From contig CATNEN010000007.1 of NCBI GenBank assembly GCA_950097015.1, positions 7,192,001 through 7,256,000 of the forward strand: a stretch of DNA of 64,000 bases. Reading direction: 5' to 3'. The notes beneath the pieces are model-generated. The model was not told where the DNA came from, did no database searches, and saw only the letters and a list, made by a program, of their open reading frames with translations. The first letter of the stretch is position 1; every line of letters starts with the position of its first letter. Below, in pieces: positions 59,057 through 64,000 of the stretch. The stretch comes from Macrostomum hystrix. Lineage: Eukaryota; Animalia; Platyhelminthes. Both the position numbers and the translations under genes were made by a program.

Positions 59057-60752
59057 TTCAGAGTCTAGCCTACTCTTCCCACTGGGTATTCAGAGTCTAG
59101 CCTACTCTTCCCACTGGGTATTCAGAGTCTAGCCTACTCTTCCCACTGGGGATTCAGAGTCTAGCCTACTCTTCCCACTGGGTATTCAGAGTCTAGCCTA
59201 CTCTTCCCACTGGGGATTCAGAGTCTAGCCTACTCTTCCCACTGGGTATTCAGAGTCTAGCCTACTCTTCCCACTGGGTATTCAGAGTCTAGCCTACTCT
59301 TCCCACTGGGTATTCAGAGTCTAGCCTACTCTTCCCACTGGGTATTCAGAGTCTAGCCTGTTCTTCGCACTGGGTATTCAGAGTCTAGCCTATTATTCCC
59401 ACTGGGAATTCAGAGTCTAGCCTACTCTTCCCACTGGGTATTCAGAGTCTAGCCTATTATTCCCACTGGGTATTCAGAGTCTAGCCTACTCTTCCCACTG
59501 GGGATTCAGAGTCTAGCCTACTCTTCCCACTGGGTATTCAGAGTCTAGCCTACTCTTCCCACTGGGGATTCTCTAGCCTGTTCTTCCCACTGGGGATTCA
59601 GAGTCTAGCCTACTCTTCCCACTGGGGATTCAGAGTCTAGCCTACTCTTCCCACTGGGTATTCAGAGTCTAGCCTATTATTCCCACTGGGTATTCAGAGT
59701 CTAGCCTACTCTTCCCACTGGGGATTCAGAGTCTAGCCTACTCTTCCCACTGGGTATTCAGAGTCTAGCCTATTATTCCCACTGGGTATTCAGAGTCTAG
59801 CCTACTCTTCCCACTGGGGATTCTCTAGCCTGTTCTTCCCACTGGGGATTCAGAGTCTAGCCTACTCTTCCCACTGGGTATTCAGAGTCTAGCCTATTAT
59901 TCCCACTGGGGATTCAGAGTCTAGCCTACTCTTCCCACTGGGGATTCAGAGTCTAGCCTACTCTTCCCACTTGGGATTCAGAGTCTAGCCTACTCTTCCC
60001 ACTGGGTATTCAGAGTCTAGCCTACTCTTCCCACTGGGGATTCAGAGTCTAGCCTGTTCTTCCCACTGGGGATTCAGAGTCTAGCCTGTTCTTCCCACTG
60101 GGGATTCAGAGTCTAGCCTACTCTTCCCACTGGGTATTCAGAGTCTAGCCTACTCTTCCCACTGGGGATTCAGAGTCTAGCCTACTCTTCCCACTGGGTA
60201 TTCAGAGTCTAGCCTACTCTTCCCACTGGGTATTCAGAGTCTAGCCTGTTCTTCGCACTGGGTATTCAGAATCTAGCCTATTATTCCCACTGGGAATTCA
60301 GAGTCTAGCCTACTCTTCCCACTGGGTATTCAGAGTCTAGCCTATTATTCCCACTGGGTATTCAGAGTCTAGCCTACTCTTCCCACTGGGTATTCAGAGT
60401 CTAGCCTACTCTTCCCACTGGGGATTCAGAGTCTAGCCTGTTCTTCGCACTGGGTATTCAGAATCTAGCCTATTATTCCCACTGGGTATTCAGAGTCTAG
60501 CCTACTCTTCCCACTGGGGATTCAGAGTCTAGCCTACTCTTCCCACTGGGTATTCAGAGTCTAGCCTACTCTTCCCACTGGGTATTCAGAGTCTAGCCTA
60601 CTCTTCCCACTGGGTATTCAGAGTCTAGCCTACTCTTCCCACTGGGTATTCAGAGTCTAGCCTACTCTTCCCACTGGGTATTCAGAGTCTAGCCTGTTCT
60701 TCGCACTGGGTATTCAGAATCTAGCCTATTATTCCCACTGGGAATTCAGAGT
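59057..60752. repeat. 32-bp minisatellite (TTCAGAGTCTAGCCTACTCTTCCCACTGGGTA), ~53 copies
   Basis: Direct periodicity. Confidence 0.97.
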
Positions 60753-61077
60753 CAACCCAATTATTTTCAGTTATTTAACTCGGGACTTCTTAGAGCACTT
60801 GTCGTCGATGAAATAAAAGGTTGCTAAATTCGTTTATTTCCAGGTCTCCGAGGCCTGCAGCAAAAGATCAGGTCCGATTTTTTGGCACCGAAATTGTCAG
60901 ACGCTGAGCTATTATCTGGCGGCGGCATTAGCAACTAACAACTTAGACAGCTACTTGACGCAGTGAGTAAGCCAAATTGTCAGTTTTTTCATCTATTATA
61001 TTTGCTTTTGAGATCGGCCTAGCCTAGTTCAATTTATACACATATATGCAGTGTCTGTCTTGTTAAGTCACTCTTCC

Positions 61078-61482
61078 GCAGTGTGCACTCGCCTATTATG
61101 AAATGTGCATTCACCCTTTCCTTCAGCTGATAAGCGGTGTACGCTCGCCTATTCGGAAATGTACATTCACCATTTCCCTCAGCTGAGAAGCGGTGTACGC
61201 TCGCCTATTCGGAAATGTACATTCACCCTTTCCCTCAGCTGATAAGCGGTGTACGCTCGCCTATTCGGAAATGTACATTAACCCTTTCCCTCATCTGAGA
61301 AGCGGTGTACGCTCGCCTATTCGGAAATGTACATTCACCATTTCCCTCAGCTGAGAAGCGGTGTACGCTCGCCTATTCGGAAATGTACATTCACCATTTC
61401 CCTCATCTGAGAAGCGGTGTACGCTCGCCTATTCTGAAATGTGCATTCACCCTTTCCCTCAGCTGATAAGCGGTGTACACTC
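61078..61482. repeat. 56-bp minisatellite, ~7 copies
   Basis: GCGGTGTACGCTCGCC at 61134, 61190, ... Confidence 0.93.
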
Positions 61483-64000
61483 GTTCGTGTGGTATCAAAT
61501 TTCGTTACATTTTCTGGAAGGAAGTACGATAGTCAATTGTTCATAGCAAACAACAGCAACTGGTTTTTTCTGGCAAATGTTTATTTCGGGAGCCTTGCCA
61601 AAGTCTTGATGCCGTCTGACAGAATTACTCAAAACAATGAAGCAAAGCTCGCTGAGGCATGCAGCTTCGTCTTACTGAGCATCCTTGAGATTCGCTGCTC
61701 GTCACCACTTCACTGTGGCATTCTTCATCACTGCCAGTTCTCGCGGGTCGCATTTTTGGCATCTTGAAGTATTTTTCTCTTCTACTTCTCCCGGCTTCGT
61801 CAAGCCCCACCGGTTTTGTCTTGCCCGCTCCGCTCCACTGTTTTTGCAGACTTCAATAATAGCCTCATTTCTTATTGCCTGTTATTCGAGAGTGTTCACG
61901 GCAGCATGGCTTCACGCCACTCCAGGCCATCAAGCTATCTCAACTATGTCTGCCCTGTCATCGTGCTTCACCTCCGCTTTCCGACGCAGTGGCCGCCACT
62001 CAAAAAGTTGTGTGAGAAAGAGAGAGATATAAAAAGAGAGAGACGTAGGTAGATATTTTAGAGATACGACTGTGGAGAAGTGCAGAATTTCAGCGCATTT
62101 ACATGTCATGTCATGTCATGAGTTGCCCTAAGCTTTGAAGCAGATTGTAGTCTGCTCATGATCTGCTCAAAAATATTCCCCGGCTTGTCCTGGCGGCTCA
62201 ATTATCAATTCTTAGCCGAAAATCGTTAATCACGAGGGCTCGTGTAGGGCTTGGGCTGGCTGTGAGTGGAATCGAAGCTTTTAACGCGGCGGCCTTTGCT
62301 TTTGGGCTACATTTTCTGCAGCATCAAAGGCATTGTTGGCAAATCGGCGCCGAGCCACTTAATTTCCGAATCCGCATTCTCCTGCCCGCAGCCAGCGCCT
62401 GTCGCCAAATCTCATCTGCTCTTAGGAGCTTGGGGAGGCGCTGGGCGCGGGTTGAAAGTTGCGTGTCGACTCTCGCGTTTCCCCCGCCCCCTATCTATTC
62501 CGTTGATCGGGGCGTTGCTTCATCAAAGATTCTGCGCCCGGCTGGCTCTCCTCCCTCCTCTTCGCACCAGTGACACTCTCGCTTCATCAAAATTCTTTCC
62601 GCCGGAGGACTCTGTGTAGCGAAACTTTGGTCGACTCTCCGGCAAAGAGACGCACAGAGGGCGCTCTGCTCGGAGCTTCGCTACACAAGCGAACCGACCT
62701 CCACGCCACCTTCGCTGCTGCCGCTGATGCTGTTGTTAGCATCCTGTGAACTTCTTCCGCTTACCGCGGCGCTCAATGAGCGGCTGGCGCGAATTGCGGG
62801 CCCAGATTGCCGGGAGCAGGGCCTGGGGACAAGCGCTGTGGAGGATCGATGCCGAGCTGGCTTGCACCAATCTCATCAGCCTTGGAAGTTGGCTGGCCTG
62901 CGTGACTGCAAATGTTATTTTTCTGTGTGAGCCGATACCTCTGGAGTCGGTCTGCCGGGGATTGTCTCGGTCCAAGCAATGGCCTAGCACCAGCCTCCTT
63001 CAATCCTTCATCGTGAAACTCCATCCCAGGCTCTCAGCTGAGCTGGATGGGGCGGCGGTGCTACGGCGATGGCTGGAGGTGGAGAAGATTGAAGAATAGA
63101 AGGACAGGCTTTGAGGCGCTGCCAGAAGAATAGGAAAGGGCAGAAAAAAGTCTATTGAGGCGGCATCAGGGGCTGAGGGAAGGACTGCAGGCGGGGCCGA
63201 AGATGAGGGCACGAGTGGAGGGGAAAAGTTTCCCAGCTTCTATCATCTTTTTCTCTATTGCTCCGCGCTGCTTCTCCCATCTCCCTCTCTTTCTCATCAG
63301 GTTTTTTCCAGGAACTACAACAGACCGATCTAGACAGTGAGCGAGCCTCCTTGCAATTGGCCTTCCCAATGCTCTCACTGTCTCAGCGAGCGCATCTTGC
63401 TTAGCCTCCAATTGGCCCGACGGTTTGTAGGGCCTCGGATGGGGAGGACAGTGACGGCTGGCGTGTATTGAGGGATTGGGAAAGGAGGGCTGGAGATGGG
63501 ACGATGTGAGCATGAGCAGGCAGCGGCAGCAGCAGCAGCAGCGGATGCGAGGGAATGATGGAGAGAAGACCGTGGCAGGCGATGGGGGAGGAGACGCAGA
63601 GTTGGAGAAGGATCCCATCTATTCTAGCCGCCCCTTTCTCTCCACTCGCCCTCCCCTCTCCCCTTATAGATAGATCTGACCCGCTGAGAGGGAAAACTGC
63701 GCGAGAGGTTTAGTAGGCAGCGATCGAGCGATATCATAGTGCCCGCCTGTGGCTGCCGCCCCACCAGCTCTCCCCAGAGGCGAGTCTGCCAGTTATCCCT
63801 ACTTCTCCTCCTCATCCGCTTCTGTCCTCACTTCCCACTTTTATTCCCCCCTCTTTCCGGCGTAATCCCTCCCTCTTCGCGTTATCCTCAAAAGCGTCGT
63901 TCTCTGTTCCGTGACCGACCGTGTATATAAAAGATTTTCTGTCTGTGTTTGGCTGCTCAGATTTGAAGGCTTTGGTCGAGTTCCGCTTGGCCGCTGTGTT

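Noticed and set aside
61500-64000. GC-rich region with overlapping short ORFs
   Set aside because: No consistent frame, domain or exon chain could be supported; possibly intronic or regulatory.

Overview
Eukaryotic (metazoan) genomic DNA with spliceosomal introns, GC-rich exons and roughly 19% of its length in unrelated minisatellite arrays. This style suggests an invertebrate such as a free-living flatworm (inference only). Host genes: a complete PKA catalytic subunit gene (2857-15219, +) with a GC-AG intron and two tandem 127-nt mutually exclusive catalytic-loop exons; a compact two-exon nanos (-); an orphan 4-TM ORF (-); an intronless ARL6/BBS3 (-); and a three-exon UBXN6 (+). The main accessory feature is an apparently complete 15,433-bp Polinton/Maverick (adintovirus-like endogenous virus) at 32902-48334. 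It has AGTAGT termini, ~440-bp TIRs and a perfect 6-bp TSD (AGAAGG). It encodes a retroviral-type integrase, protein-primed PolB, adenain-like protease, packaging ATPase, major and minor capsid proteins, a parvovirus-type PLA2, an adenovirus pX-like protein and several unknown ORFs, and it contains an internal palindromic tandem array. Two tRNA-derived SINE families and a piggyBac-like fragment are also present. All protein calls come from motif recognition by eye, not database searches.
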